Below are positions 26,140 to 38,601 of a stretch of 64,000 bases of DNA, one piece after another. The DNA lies in contig OZ199840.1 in the NCBI GenBank assembly GCA_964304625.1, positions 8,829,487 to 8,893,486 on the forward strand. Direction: 5' to 3'. Positions within the stretch are counted from its first letter, which is position 1; the number at the start of each line of letters is the position of its first letter. The notes under the pieces are model-generated. The model was given only the letters and a program-made list of their open reading frames with translations, made no database searches and was not told the origin of the DNA. Origin of the DNA: Kudoa neothunni. Taxonomy: Eukaryota > Animalia > Cnidaria. The position numbers and the translations under genes were made by a program.

Positions 26140-28749
26140 TCAGAGTTCAACGCGTTCATTTTCAGTTTCAGGCGAAGCAGTTGATGGTTCGGAATCTTGT
26201 TTGATATTATCTTCGGTTGATGATGGTTTGGCAGTGGTTCCACTTGTATCGGGTTGTTCCTTATCGTCCTCACCACTGTCGCTGATTTCCTTAGCTTCAT
26301 CTGTATGTTCGTCGTCATCATCGTCCTCGTCATAGGAAGGGAATCTCATTTTGTTCACTTTTTCGATTTCCTCATGGATTTCTTCTCTGACCTTTTTGGG
26401 TGTGTGACCAAGGGCTCGAATAGCATTATTTTCCATTATAGTAGCAATTTTGTTCAAATCAGACATAGAATAGCCTCCATTCAACAACGCAACAGCATAG
26501 CAAGTTCTAGCTAGATCGTTCAGTTCATCATCTTTTTCGGTCTTGCCTTCTTCGATCTGTTCTAGCATGGCTTTAACAATTGGATGGTGAACATTGATAA
26601 CAATGTGTTTCTTTTTTCGAAGTGCATCCTGGACGTAACTGTTGGTGGTACCATAATGTTTGGCTTGTGATCTGAAAATTCTCTCCATATTTCCAGTGAA
26701 TCCATATTGATCAGCAACAAGCACACAAGCATGTTCCATATCCAGTGAAATGTTAGCAGATCCGACGTATTTTTTGAATCTACTGTTTTGAGTCCAGAAT
26801 TCCAACACGCGATGATAGTCAGACAAAGCTGTTTGGAACATTTCAGTGAATTCACCGCTATCACTTTGATCATCCAATTTCACTCCTTGTTGACTCACAC
26901 TTTGGAACTTCATCATTTCGTACTCATGAGCATGATTCATCACATAATCATCAATGGGATCTACCAAGTACAACACCTCATAGCCTCTTTTAACAATAGG
27001 AGTGGCGAGTGGAGAATCTTCACATTCACTCATTTTTTTGCAAGTGATATACAGAATTTGTGTTCGATTGGCTGGTTGTCTCTCAACGTATTCGTCGATT
27101 GAGGTCATGTTGAGGCCATTTTTCACTGTGTACGATGAGGCAAAACGAAGCAGTTTAATGAGACTGTTTCTATTGGCTTTATCAACAGTAATGGCGGATT
27201 TTATGGCGTTACTATAGTTGCCATAAAATGAGGGATAAACATCTTCAGGTAATGAAAGGAAGTTCTGAATGACTTTCTTAACAACTTTCTTTTTTATCAC
27301 ATCCATCAATTTGCCATGTTGGATCGATTCTCTGGCAACATTTAGCGGTAGATCGTCGCTATCAATCACACCAGCCATATAATGGAAATATCTGGGGAAG
27401 ATAGTGCTTAGAGCGGATTTTATGTAAACTCGTTTAACATAGAGTTTCACTCTATCCAAGAATTTGTCCTCATCTCTGTAGGATTCGGGTGCTGGTGGAA
27501 CTTCGGGAACAAACAGCAATGCTCTGAAACGAACATTTCCCTCACCCACAAAATGTATCTTGAGAAGATAACGCGAATTTTTATCACCAACAAGAGTTTG
27601 ATAGAGTGAGAGATATTCGTCCTCTGTAACATTGCTAGGATCTCTCAACCAAACCGGTTTCACTTTATTCAAATGATGATAAGTGTATGTGGTTTCGGTT
27701 TTTCCTTCAGCTTCTTTGCCAGCAGCACCAGTGGTATCATCTTCCACTTCATCGGTTTCAGATTTGGTGGCTGATTCTCCTTCTTCATCGGTGGTAGCTT
27801 TGACTTTTTCTTCCTTTTCCTCGGCAACCATAATCTTATAGCTGATAAATTGACTGTATTTGTTGACAAGTTCTTCCAACTTTTTATAATCCATATACTC
27901 AGAACCATGACTTTTCAGATGGAGGGTAATCGCAGTACCACGACCAAGTGTGTCTCCACGAGGATCTTTCACCACCGAAAATGATTCAGAGTCCGACTCC
28001 CAAATGTATTGCTCGTCATCGTTATTCTTGGACACTACTGTGACTTTATCAGCAACCAGAAAAGCCGAATAGAATCCGACACCAAATTGACCCACTAATG
28101 TATCCAACTCAGCGCTTCCAACACTTTGATCCTGAGCTTTTTTTATCTTGTCCAAAAACTCATTAGTCCCACTCTTGGCAATAGTTCCCAAATTTTTTAT
28201 GAGTTCTTCACGAGTCATACCAATTCCACTATCTCTGATAACCAACGTCCTATCATGAGTGTTGTATTTGATCCAAATGCCAAGTTCGTTGTTCGAATCT
28301 AAGTAGGAGATATCTTTGAGCGATTTGATGTGAGCTTTCGATAAGGCATCTTGTGCGTTGGAGATTAATTCACGCAAAAAGATCTAAACAACAAATTTAA
28401 TAAATAACCAACTATATTAAAATCTCGATATTAATGGCGTATCAAATACATCTTTGTTTTTATAGAGAGAATTAACAATGATCTTCATCACGCGAGTTTT
28501 CTCAGCTTGAAATTCAAATTTCTCCTTGGAATCCTCGATCGTTTTGCGATCCGCTTCTGAAAAATTATCATCAATTTTATCCGTCACATGTTCTTCACAT
28601 AAAACTAAATTTTGATCATTTAATCGTCAACCGTGTTACAATTGTAAAGAAATCAAAATCCTCATTGATTTCTTCAACCAACACTTACCAGCGGCACTAC
28701 TCAGCAATACTGCCAATAAGATAAGATGCAAGCGAACCTGAAAACGCAT
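26140..28749 (-). CDS. HSP90B1: Endoplasmin / GRP94 (ER HSP90), 3 exons
   Basis: Exons 28749-28689, 28604-28450, 28383-26140. Signal peptide MRFQVRLHLILLAVLLSSAAVLC; FEFQAE, IVNSLYKNKDIFLRELISNA, DSGIGMT, NLGTIAKSGT, GQFGVGFYS, DSDDLPLNV; acidic tail ending RVEL. Confidence 0.97.
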
Positions 28750-28834
28750 ACCACTCGACACAAGTGCAACTATTATGGCGACGAAACGCTTCGTGGTATT
28801 AAGCTCCCCTGCGAATAGTTAAAGCCGCATGGTG

Positions 28835-28844
28835 ACACGTCATC
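28835..28844 (-). promoter_or_regulatory. UPRE/XBP1-type element GATGACGTGT in the GRP94 promoter
   Basis: Exact GATGACGTG(T) about 90 nt upstream of the ATG on the coding strand, with a CCAAT at ~28891. This fits UPR control of GRP94. Confidence 0.55.
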
Positions 28845-29895
28845 GACTAACATTTTTGTTTTCACTCAACCTTACGCCCAACAATCACGCCCAATACTTT
28901 CTGATTCGATTATATATAATTTTTTTATTTTCATATCTGATTAAAACATGACTTTACATATAATAATTTTTTGTCCATTGACGAATGAATAAAATCGATC
29001 GTTATCGGAGTCGTTATTATTCTTCATTCATCTCGGATGACTTGATGACTCCATTAACGATTTTACGACTAACAAATGATAATTTTGTTTGTTACAAATA
29101 ACCATGTCGATATTGTATATTGAATACAATCTATCGTATTGAGTGTAGTTACAGCATAACAACCGATGGCGGTCATTGTATTGTTGTCGTAAACAAATAT
29201 TCGAATTGCTGTTTGTCGTAAACAACCGATTATGGCTATAAGCGTGAGTATTTACGGCCAAACGTCGAAATGTCACTTTGGAAGCCGATAAATGACGATC
29301 CAATTTGTTACTTTAAGGTTGGAGTTTTAGATAATTATCCAAAATGTCGAAATCTTAGTGATCACTAAGATTTGATTTATTTTCTCATATTTTTATACTT
29401 TAATCATATTAGATATATTACTCTTCAATCCGATTTAATACCTGCTATAAAATCTGGGCTGCTTTTTTTTCTATTTCCTATTTTTATTTTACTTTAAGAT
29501 TTTACGAATCCAGAATAGTCTGATGGTAAATTGGTCAAAAATTACAGTTATATTTATTGTATAAGCACAAATACTAAATAAAATTAAATGATGGAATGAA
29601 TACTGATTCGTTTGAAATTACTATTTGTTTCTCAAGAGAGATTTTGGGAATAAACGTTAGTAATTCCTTCAGCTAGTCTCGATTAATCTTAATTGGTGAG
29701 ATGTGTGTTCATCTGAGGGCATATTCGTCGAGGTTTAAAGCGGTAACCCCAGACTATGACTATTTAGCTTGGTCATTTAATATTAGAACGTATAAAACTC
29801 TAAAGCCTCGATAATATGACATAGTGGTGTTAGGTCGAGATCGTATACAGTGAGATTATGAACGAGTTCGGAGCCTAGTCCGAAATTAAAAAGGA

Positions 29896-30201
29896 AGGCT
29901 GTAGTAGTCGCAAGGGTCTCGATTTATCGTGGCCTTGCTTGCAACCGGGAGGGGAGCTTGGCGGAAGGGTGGAACTGGGCGCTCATAAACCTTGGGGTTT
30001 CCGTAGAACCGACACCCGCATTCAAATGACTTTTCCAAACTAATCCTGGGTTAATTCAGGGTATGGTTGGGATGGTGGTTTCTCTGAAACGAGGATGTTT
30101 AGTGGGTTAGAATCCCACACTACCGCATAAACTCAAGTCACCTTAATATGACGCTGCGGTTCCCATAACGTAAATGGGGAAGGCCTAGTAAACAAAAAAA
30201 A
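29896..30201 (+). mobile_element. GC-rich structured element ending in oligo(A): likely 3' tail of a non-LTR retrotransposon/SINE (alternatively an ncRNA)
   Basis: Hairpins GTGGG/CCCAC (30102-30118), ACCGCA/TGCGGT (30122-30160) and CCTG/CAGG (~30045-30060), then an A-tract at 30194-30201. TTTAGTGGGT..AATCCCACA resembles R1-clade LINE 3' UTR motifs as I recall them. Confidence 0.45.
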
Positions 30202-31439
30202 GCATAAAACGAATGATCATCATTCCAATATAGTATCATATGAGATTACACAGATCACATCTTCAGAACATTCTACGCAGTTATAAGTGCTTTAAAAACG
30301 CCACTTTTTATTAAATATTTGATAGAATTCTCTTTTTTTCTAATATTTCCTTTAATACATTTATTAGAGCTAATGTAAACACTAATTTGATTATGATATA
30401 TTCTCTCAATAACATAATCTTTTATTTACGCGCGAATAGATGAGGACGTATACTAAATATAGTACGTGATAATATATTAAGATTGGGAGATTGATCTCAA
30501 CAAATATTTACTTAAATTGGAGGAATTGAGTTCCTGGTAGGGTAATAGGGTAGGATTAGACATTTAAAAAATAGATTCATGCGTATAATTTTTTGGATAT
30601 TCTTTCATGATGGTTTATAATTAAATTAAATAATTCTGAGAGGAAGAATTAAGCTTATTATGACAACTTTTAATTTTGCCACCTAATCCCGAACACACGA
30701 CATCGTCTGCACACGTGAAATCTTCGTTAAAATTCTAAAAACCAATAAAACCTCACTTTATTTTAAATACATTAATTTATGAATTAAATGTACATGTTAG
30801 AAACATTTTTAATAATGTGTCGTTCTCTAATTATATGAATCAATCATTTTATATAATTTTACATTTCTTATCGTAAAATATCTCCTCTACCATCTACTAA
30901 AAATCAATTATAAATGTTTTAAACAAACATATAATACATTATTTAGTTTATAAATTTTTTTGGTTAAGTTATGTAGGCGATAAAAAAAGTTAGAACCGTT
31001 TTATCATTAAAACTTTATAATGAAATTTTTATAATGATCATATGATCTACCTTTTGACTTCATCATTTATCAAATTGGTAAAAAAAATTATTTCATTACT
31101 TGTTTTGTAGGATCCATTTTTAAAGATAGTTAATTTTACAGAATAAAAATTTTCCCAGCGTATAGAAATTACTAATAAATTGTTAGATAAAGCTAGTGTG
31201 TTACAATCTGTTTTATGACACACATGGTTGATAATTTTGGTTTTATTTTGCTTGTATTTTTTAGTGTAACTTGTTTATTCGTACATACATATTTTTATAG
31301 GTTGATTGAATGGATTAATATATTTTGGTAAAAATGCAGAATAGTGATCACACGTGTGCATAAAATAAACGAAGATTAACGAAAATAATAATTTATCAAA
31401 CTTGGTAATTCAATATCTTCTAGAATAGCCTCAAACAAC

Positions 31440-31792
31440 TGAATTTTTTTATTACCAAATAAACAACTTTATTGTAGGCCCTCGATTGTATTTTCCTTTT
31501 AGAATGAGAATTTCATCCAGCTCGACGATTTTATTATGGATAAATAACAATATCTTTGATAACTCCATCTTTGAGTTGAAAAAGAATGACCTCGCATTAT
31601 TTGATGAATTCGTATTACAGCCATTACGCCGCATTTCCAAATTAATTTGTTAATAATTTCATATTGGCAAATTTTCATGGGATTTCCGCAGTTATGACAA
31701 TTTTTTTCAGCCGAAATTAGTTTATGTTGTGCACAAAAGTTAATAACATTATTAAAGTTTGAGGAGTATGTAATAAATTGTATAAACTTCAT
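31440..31792 (-). pseudogene. Merlin/IS1016 (ISXO2-like) transposase remnant
   Basis: Zn-finger-like CHNCGNPM..WKC, then SFFFNSKMEL..IL and KIVELDE...KGKYNRG (compare GxIVEIDESKFGKRKYNRG), broken by frameshifts and deletions. Confidence 0.75.
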
Positions 31793-33069
31793 TTTCGCGG
31801 GTTAATCTGCGTTATTCTTCTTTTTACCGTACTAATGTATATATAATAGATGTAGACTAAAAAGTTATAGCTAATCCCATACAAATTTCGGACGATCCCC
31901 TCAGTCTCGAAATTTCGAGGAAAATTGGACATTTCTGATTATCAACACTACTCGATATTCCTCGCATTTTAAAATATTTATTTGAGATACCTCCTAGAAT
32001 ATTGGCGATTTTCGATCTGTATTACTAATGATGGGGAGGAACTCTCCAAATTTGACTTTATTGCTTTCAGAAAATACAATATACCTATTCGTTATAAACC
32101 TACGATTAGCAATTAACGACCCATTAATCATAATAAGTTAAGTTTCCGGTTAAAATTTACTTCATTACTAAAATAAACATGCGATTAAAATATTTTCGGA
32201 GGTATAAGCACATAATAATTAACAATCCATACATTTTTCTAATCATAGAATATCACGTATTACGCTTTTTTACCACTTTCACCATTCTCAGAAACTGTTA
32301 TATTAAGATTTATGAGTTCCAGACCCAATTAGAGCGATTCATATATGATATACAATATGAAACAATTTTTATTAAAGCGGAATTTATTCCTAGCACAAAA
32401 CAATTTACTTAATGTATATGTATTACTATTTTAATCGTTATTATTGGATGTGGTTACCTAAATTTGGGTCAAAATATCCAAATTTCCCCCTAATTAAGTT
32501 CATTAGACTATTTTAACTGAAATATATAAAACATTTTGATGTAATTCCTCCTTATTTTTCAAAGTTCTTTAACTTATACTAATTTATAATTTGTTAAATT
32601 TCAATATGTTTTAGTTTTGGTCCCAAATAAAATACGGGGTTTTTATGTTAATCAGTAATATTCTCGTTTTCGATTTCATTCAGCCAGCTACTACGTATTA
32701 AAAAAATCAAAAAATCATGTTCACTCAAAATCTATGCATAACGTCGCAGTCACGTGATTTTACATGATTTACTTTCTATCTTATTTCAACTTTAATTTCG
32801 CTAAAATTTACTAAGCACAATAATTTACCGATTTTTCGATCTATTTCCGACTTTAATTCTATTTTTTCTTTGATGGGTACGCGATAAAAATAATTTTCCT
32901 TTAGTTGGGTGGCAAATCCGTACAATATATGTATGTTTCAATCTTATTCTCGTTTAATCCTCCAAGCATTATTTTTTTAAAAGTTTCTATATATTTATAA
33001 TTTAATTTTAAAATTAGGAATTTTTTGTTTTCTATGATTTTACATCAAATACTTACACCAAACAGTTTT

Positions 33070-34090
33070 GGGGTCCAGGAGGACCCCACGTTTTTATTTC
33101 ACAAAAACATTTATAAAATTATAAAAAATAAAATATTTCAATCTCGAAAGGTTACATCAATTAAATTTCGAGAAAAATCAAATAAGATAACATCTTAAAC
33201 AAACCTCTAGGTCTGATTACATTTTTGTCATTCCGAATTTGCAATTTACAGGATAGGTTTTCTATTTTTTGGATGGTGAATTTTTCAATTCTGTCATTAC
33301 TCACACTAATAAATTTGGTGCTTACATTACGGATGCAAATGAAAAAGTTAAATATAATAGAATTTAAATCCAAAATGGAGTCTCTTAAGCAATTATGGAG
33401 CTTGAATAAAGGACGTCGTATACTTATTAGAGTCATGCTGCTTTATAGATTCATTCAAATAAACAGAAATGTACACTTTGATAACTTCGAGACAAGAGTT
33501 TGCGATGGGAGGTCGATAAGTTTTCCCGGTAACCGAGGTTTTCAACAGGTGGCAAAGTATTTTGGCGATATGTCTAATTCCCTCTGTTCATCTTATTGTT
33601 GATGAACGATTAGTTGCATTGAGAGACACTTGTTCCTTTACGCAATATACTCCCTCCTAACTTGCGGCTTATAACACTAAATTTTTCCGTTTAACTGACC
33701 CTCATACCAATTATACATGTAATATTTTCGATTCCGTTGGCAAACTAACTTCTTTCTTAACCTAGGTTTAACCCGTCTGGAGACTACCCGGCGTAATAAA
33801 GGGGATATCTCATTACTTTTTATAGTTAGGAAATAGAGGGAAGTTTTTAGTTCAATTTTCCTAAAAAGAACAACGCGTTCATTGAATTGGCTACGTTCTC
33901 AAACAATGTTAATTTATGCCAAGGTCAGACAAAAAAGCCCAAAATTATCGTCGATTATAGCAAAACTAAGGGTATATGGATACGGTGGATAGTATCCCGT
34001 CCACGACGAAAAAAGACGTATTTTATGCGCTCGATTTTCTGATATACAAATAAAGAACAAATGTTATAATTGCCCCGAACATGGTTGCAA
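33070..34090 (+). pseudogene. Degenerate piggyBac transposon relic
   Basis: RFIQINRNVHFDN, VDERLVALRDTCSFTQYTPS*LAAYNTKF (compare [28 protein letters not shown]) and KKPKIIVDYSKTKG; GGGGTCC/GGACCCC subterminal hairpin at 33070-33087. Confidence 0.75.
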
Positions 34091-35044
34091 CAATAATTCG
34101 AGAATTAAAATTTATTTAGATACATATTATATTTTAATTATCAATTTTGAGAATTTTTAGCTTAGTTAAGGAATATATTAATTATTTTATTAAGAAATTA
34201 TAAGAATCGGTAAAATCAGGATCATGTTGTTACAAGTAAACATATGTATTTCCAGATAATAGTAGGATTTTTTGAAAAGATCATAAGGTATATTAAAACA
34301 CGTAAAGTTAATAAATAAGTGTTCGAGGGGCATCGACTATCATCGTCACTCAAATAAATGATGATTATTTCGTTATCGCCCCGGTAAAAAACGTTTTAAA
34401 ATAATATAATCATATTTCATAATATTGTGTATCAAAACAAATAATATATTACTCAATAATATAACTTGGATAAAATGAGGGTGGGTTAATATCGTTTTAT
34501 AGATTTATGGGGTAAAACTTTATCCCCAGTCGCGCGCACACAAAAACGCGCAAAAAATCTGTTACCTACTGTAATTTAAAATAACAAGACCTCTCATTTA
34601 TAATAACGATTGTATTACACATTACTGCTCATTTAGTAGTCGTAATAAATCTAATTTTTCAGAGAATCTGCGAAGTAGTTATTTATTGCGATCATTTGCT
34701 CACAAATCGATATTATTCAGCGGGCGCTCATCATAATTTAAGGTGCGATTAATCGATAATCCATTGGTTTCTTCATATTTTTAAATCATTTCATTTCAGA
34801 TTTTATATGATTCGCTGCTTTTTTACTTTTATGATACCAACGAAAGTTTGGTGAGAGACAACGGTTATCAAAGCATGCGCACGTGTTGCTAAGTTTGTTA
34901 CTTGGATATTCGTGTGTGAAATACGTGAAATATCACAATTTATTATACTTCCATATAATAATTAACGACTAATAAAGCTAAAAATAAGAGTGAAATTGAG
35001 CAGGGCAGAACAATTTAAATCAACAAATAGTCTCGCGCAATACA

Positions 35045-35671
35045 ATGGGTAACACTGAGTCGACGGTGAGAAGGATCACATTAAAAAAAGATCTCCATGA
35101 TGATGAATTCCTTGAAAACATAATTGTATAGATGGTGCTATTTTAGGATTTTAATATGCTCTGTGTTAGTTAACAGAGCGACTAGCTAATGCGTACGTGA
35201 ATCCAAGGAAAGATGACACTACGTCTGTCACAGTTGAATCCCCACAAACTTATACTAACAATTTCAGACACCAAAAATTGAATCGCAATGAAAATAATAA
35301 TGATTTTTATAACAGTGACGAAAGTGTGGTCGAGCACATGAGATATTTGGATGGAGTGTTGAGCCAAATATCCCGTCGGTTGGATCGTCAATTTGTGGAA
35401 GTAAACCAAAAAATAAGAATTCAAGGCGAAAAACAACTTAAAGAGTTAGAGTCAAAAAATAAGTGACGACACATTAATGATTAACGTTGATGTAATCTAA
35501 TATTCGGATTCTAGGGAGTACCATATCTCAAATCCATTAAAAGAAGACATGGAGAGAATTGCTGAATGCTTAGCCAAGCATCCTGATCAACCACTAAAAT
35601 GTCGAAACATCGCGGATGATTTCCTCTTGAAATCTTACACCTACGCCGCCTCCCCTGCACCTGTCAAATAA
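35045..35671 (+). CDS. CHCHD3: MICOS subunit MIC19 (CHCHD3/6-like), 3 exons
   Basis: Exons 35045-35125, 35170-35462, 35515-35671. N-myristoylation start MGNTESTVRRIT (compare MGGTTSTRRVT), a coiled-coil middle, and C-terminal IAECLAKHPDQPLKC. Confidence 0.7.
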
Positions 35672-38601
35672 TAACTCTAATATTCGATTATTTTCTATTC
35701 AATCTCTAACTATTTTCAAATTATTGTCTTTGAAACCCTCTTTTCTTTCATTCTCATTGAAATAGTTTTTTATTATTTCATTTTATTTAATTAATTTGAA
35801 CGGATTAGATTTTTCGATAAATCCTAATTTTTGGGCTTTATAAAAAAATTAATAATGAAAATGGATAAATTGTATTTTAAAAATTGAATTTTTTTATTCT
35901 TGATTGAGGGTTATACTACTTGTTAATTAGAAATTAGAATTCTGTCTAGACAATAATAACCGAGTTAAATTCCAAATGTGCATATCGTATTGATTCTCAG
36001 TACTATATATTATATTTAATTGCGGAAAAATGATGTTTTTAACTAAAAATTAATAAATTTTACTAGATATAGGTATGCATTTGTCGTCGAATAAACAATG
36101 ATTTGTGAACATAGGATTATAAAAAAATGATGAGCTATTCTAATTAAATATGACAAAATAATTGTTATTATCCAATAAAAATGGCTACTTATTAACTACT
36201 TGTGTATTTTTTTATCTTATTAACACAGATGAGATTTGATGGTCATGACTGAATTTTTGAGTTGAAAAAAACTTTTGTGTATTGAAATAATTTCTGAATG
36301 GGTTGTTTGATAGTTTTAACCATCCAAACAAACACCAGGTGTAAATACAAACCTTTAACCGGATTATTAATTAATTATGATGTAATCATAATTAAATATA
36401 TATAACTAAAGTAGTATCTCTCATATTAGACTGACTCAACATGATTCCACAACAGGTAATATTATGTATAATGTGTGGATAAATTCATTTTTAGCATTGA
36501 ACAGGTTCACAACAATAGTACAACATATTATCAATGTATGTGATATAATTCAGGGACTTATCTCAAATATATACTATACGCCTTTAATGGAATAAATGGG
36601 AATATTATCAAAGTAAAGAGATTATAACAAACAAAAACATAAATATAACCGAAATATTTGGTATATTATATATTTATTTAATTGATTAATTTAAAACCTA
36701 TTAAAATAAGCACCATCTATTTGAATCTAATGGAAGCAAATAATAAAAATAATTGCATCATAAATCCAAATAATAGGGATTATGTATTGACAATAAATAT
36801 ATTACTCGAATCAAATAGCAAAACTTATAATGCCATTCTTTGTGGAGAATTATAATTGAATAATGGTATAAATAGTGGATAGAAAATGTTGGGCCCCATC
36901 AAATTATTCAAAAAAAATAAAAAAAATAGTAGAAAAAGACTGTAACTGTAACTGTAACTAGATAGATAAATAAATAATCTGGGTTATTTTGTCGGTAGAT
37001 GCGTTATTGATTCATACCACACCACACCGCAGTAGGCGAGTAGTAAATAGCTCCAAGTGTTTAATTCACTCACACACGCATATAAACTCGAAGAATAATC
37101 TCTTGAGAATAGACGAATTTTAGTCGATAAGCCCACTATAAAAACCATCTTATCACAATCAGCCGAAATAGCTATCGTAAACAAACTTTTTATGATGATA
37201 AATATATTTAATGGTTGGGTTCAATAGATTGATATTAAGGTAAAGTGTGGTATTTTTTCGTCACAGCCTCTTCTATAGTATAAAATATTGGTAAATTATT
37301 TGGAAATGTTTTTTCCGAAGTTTCATATGTATTGTAAATAGAGATTGAAGTGAATAGCTTCACTCATTATAGAAAGTCAATTATAGGCTGATCCAATTGC
37401 TGGAAAATAATCTGTTTGGTCGGACTCCTGCTAAGATTATTTTATCGGAGTGGTGCTACTGTCAACATTTGGCAAATCCCATATAAAGAAGTTTTATCTG
37501 GAAATCCTCTGTACGCCCATCAACCCACTCATCGATTCATTCGCTCGCACACTCTTACTTGGTTGAAAACAAATTAGGTAATTTTTTGTTTATACTCATA
37601 ATGAAAATTATATAAATACTGAGAAGTGAGAGACGCGTTGATTTAACAATAAAATTAAATTTTTAAAATCACACTCGGCGAGGGATGGTCCACACACCAG
37701 TCCTAAAAAGTCTTAAGAAGTTGTTTGCCTACCCTAAATACGTAATGTTGTATTGAGTTGGGCTGGAACCTGGTGTGGTAAACTTATCTTGATTGTAATG
37801 TGTAATAGGTAATATCCCCTTCAAAATAAATATCGTTTAATGATTAGTGTTGAGAGTATTAGATAGTGAGAAAATATTGTCCATTAATAATATCTGCACC
37901 GACCGAACACAACACTCCACAAATCCAACTTTCCATTCAACCACATATCATAAATATATTTTCTGATATATTGCCCGAGTGTGTCCATCAAAGCTGCGGA
38001 TGGATAGGGGAATTTTTATCTTGATTTTTCGGCTATCATTCGGAGTATTAATATTTTAATGAGCTACGTAGTATGTGGTATTTTTACTGAGGTTGAGTGA
38101 CCGTGTGAGATGTGTTGATCCAATAGTTGTTCGAGTGTGTAATAGAAACATTTTTTTTATCACGGTCGCACCCATTAATTTAAAAATATGCGCTAAAACA
38201 AACCTTTCGCATTGTGGGCGCTTTCCCCCTTTGACTATCTCTCTCAGTGAACTGTTTGCTATTTGTTGGCACTATTGTTACCCACCATTGAGATTGGGCT
38301 AATATTTTTCGGAATTTAAATGATCTTCTTAGTGGTTATTGTTTAATAATCATGATTAGGTAGCTAATCACTTTTCCACTAAGTGGTTTTACACTTGTCA
38401 GTGTCTCTATTACCTACGCTTGTATTTGTCAGTTGTAGGCCGTCACATTGATTCCTCACTTACAGTTGATCTAGGTTGGTCATCGAATCGATTAATCAAT
38501 TTATTATATTATTGGTTCTGATATTTTTGTTACACATCGAGTGTAGCGCCGTCTAAAAGCTACCCAAAACAACCTACACCATATCGTTTCTGCGTGATTC
38601 A

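Noticed and set aside
21947-27908. ORFs overlapping RhoA and GRP94 on the opposite strand or in other frames
   Set aside because: Shadow frames of strong coding regions with no independent motifs.
29896-30201. RNase P/MRP, SRP or telomerase RNA identity for the structured island
   Set aside because: GGGAAGGCC lies at the 3' end rather than in the CR-I position, and there is no CR-V, Alu domain or CTAACCCT template.
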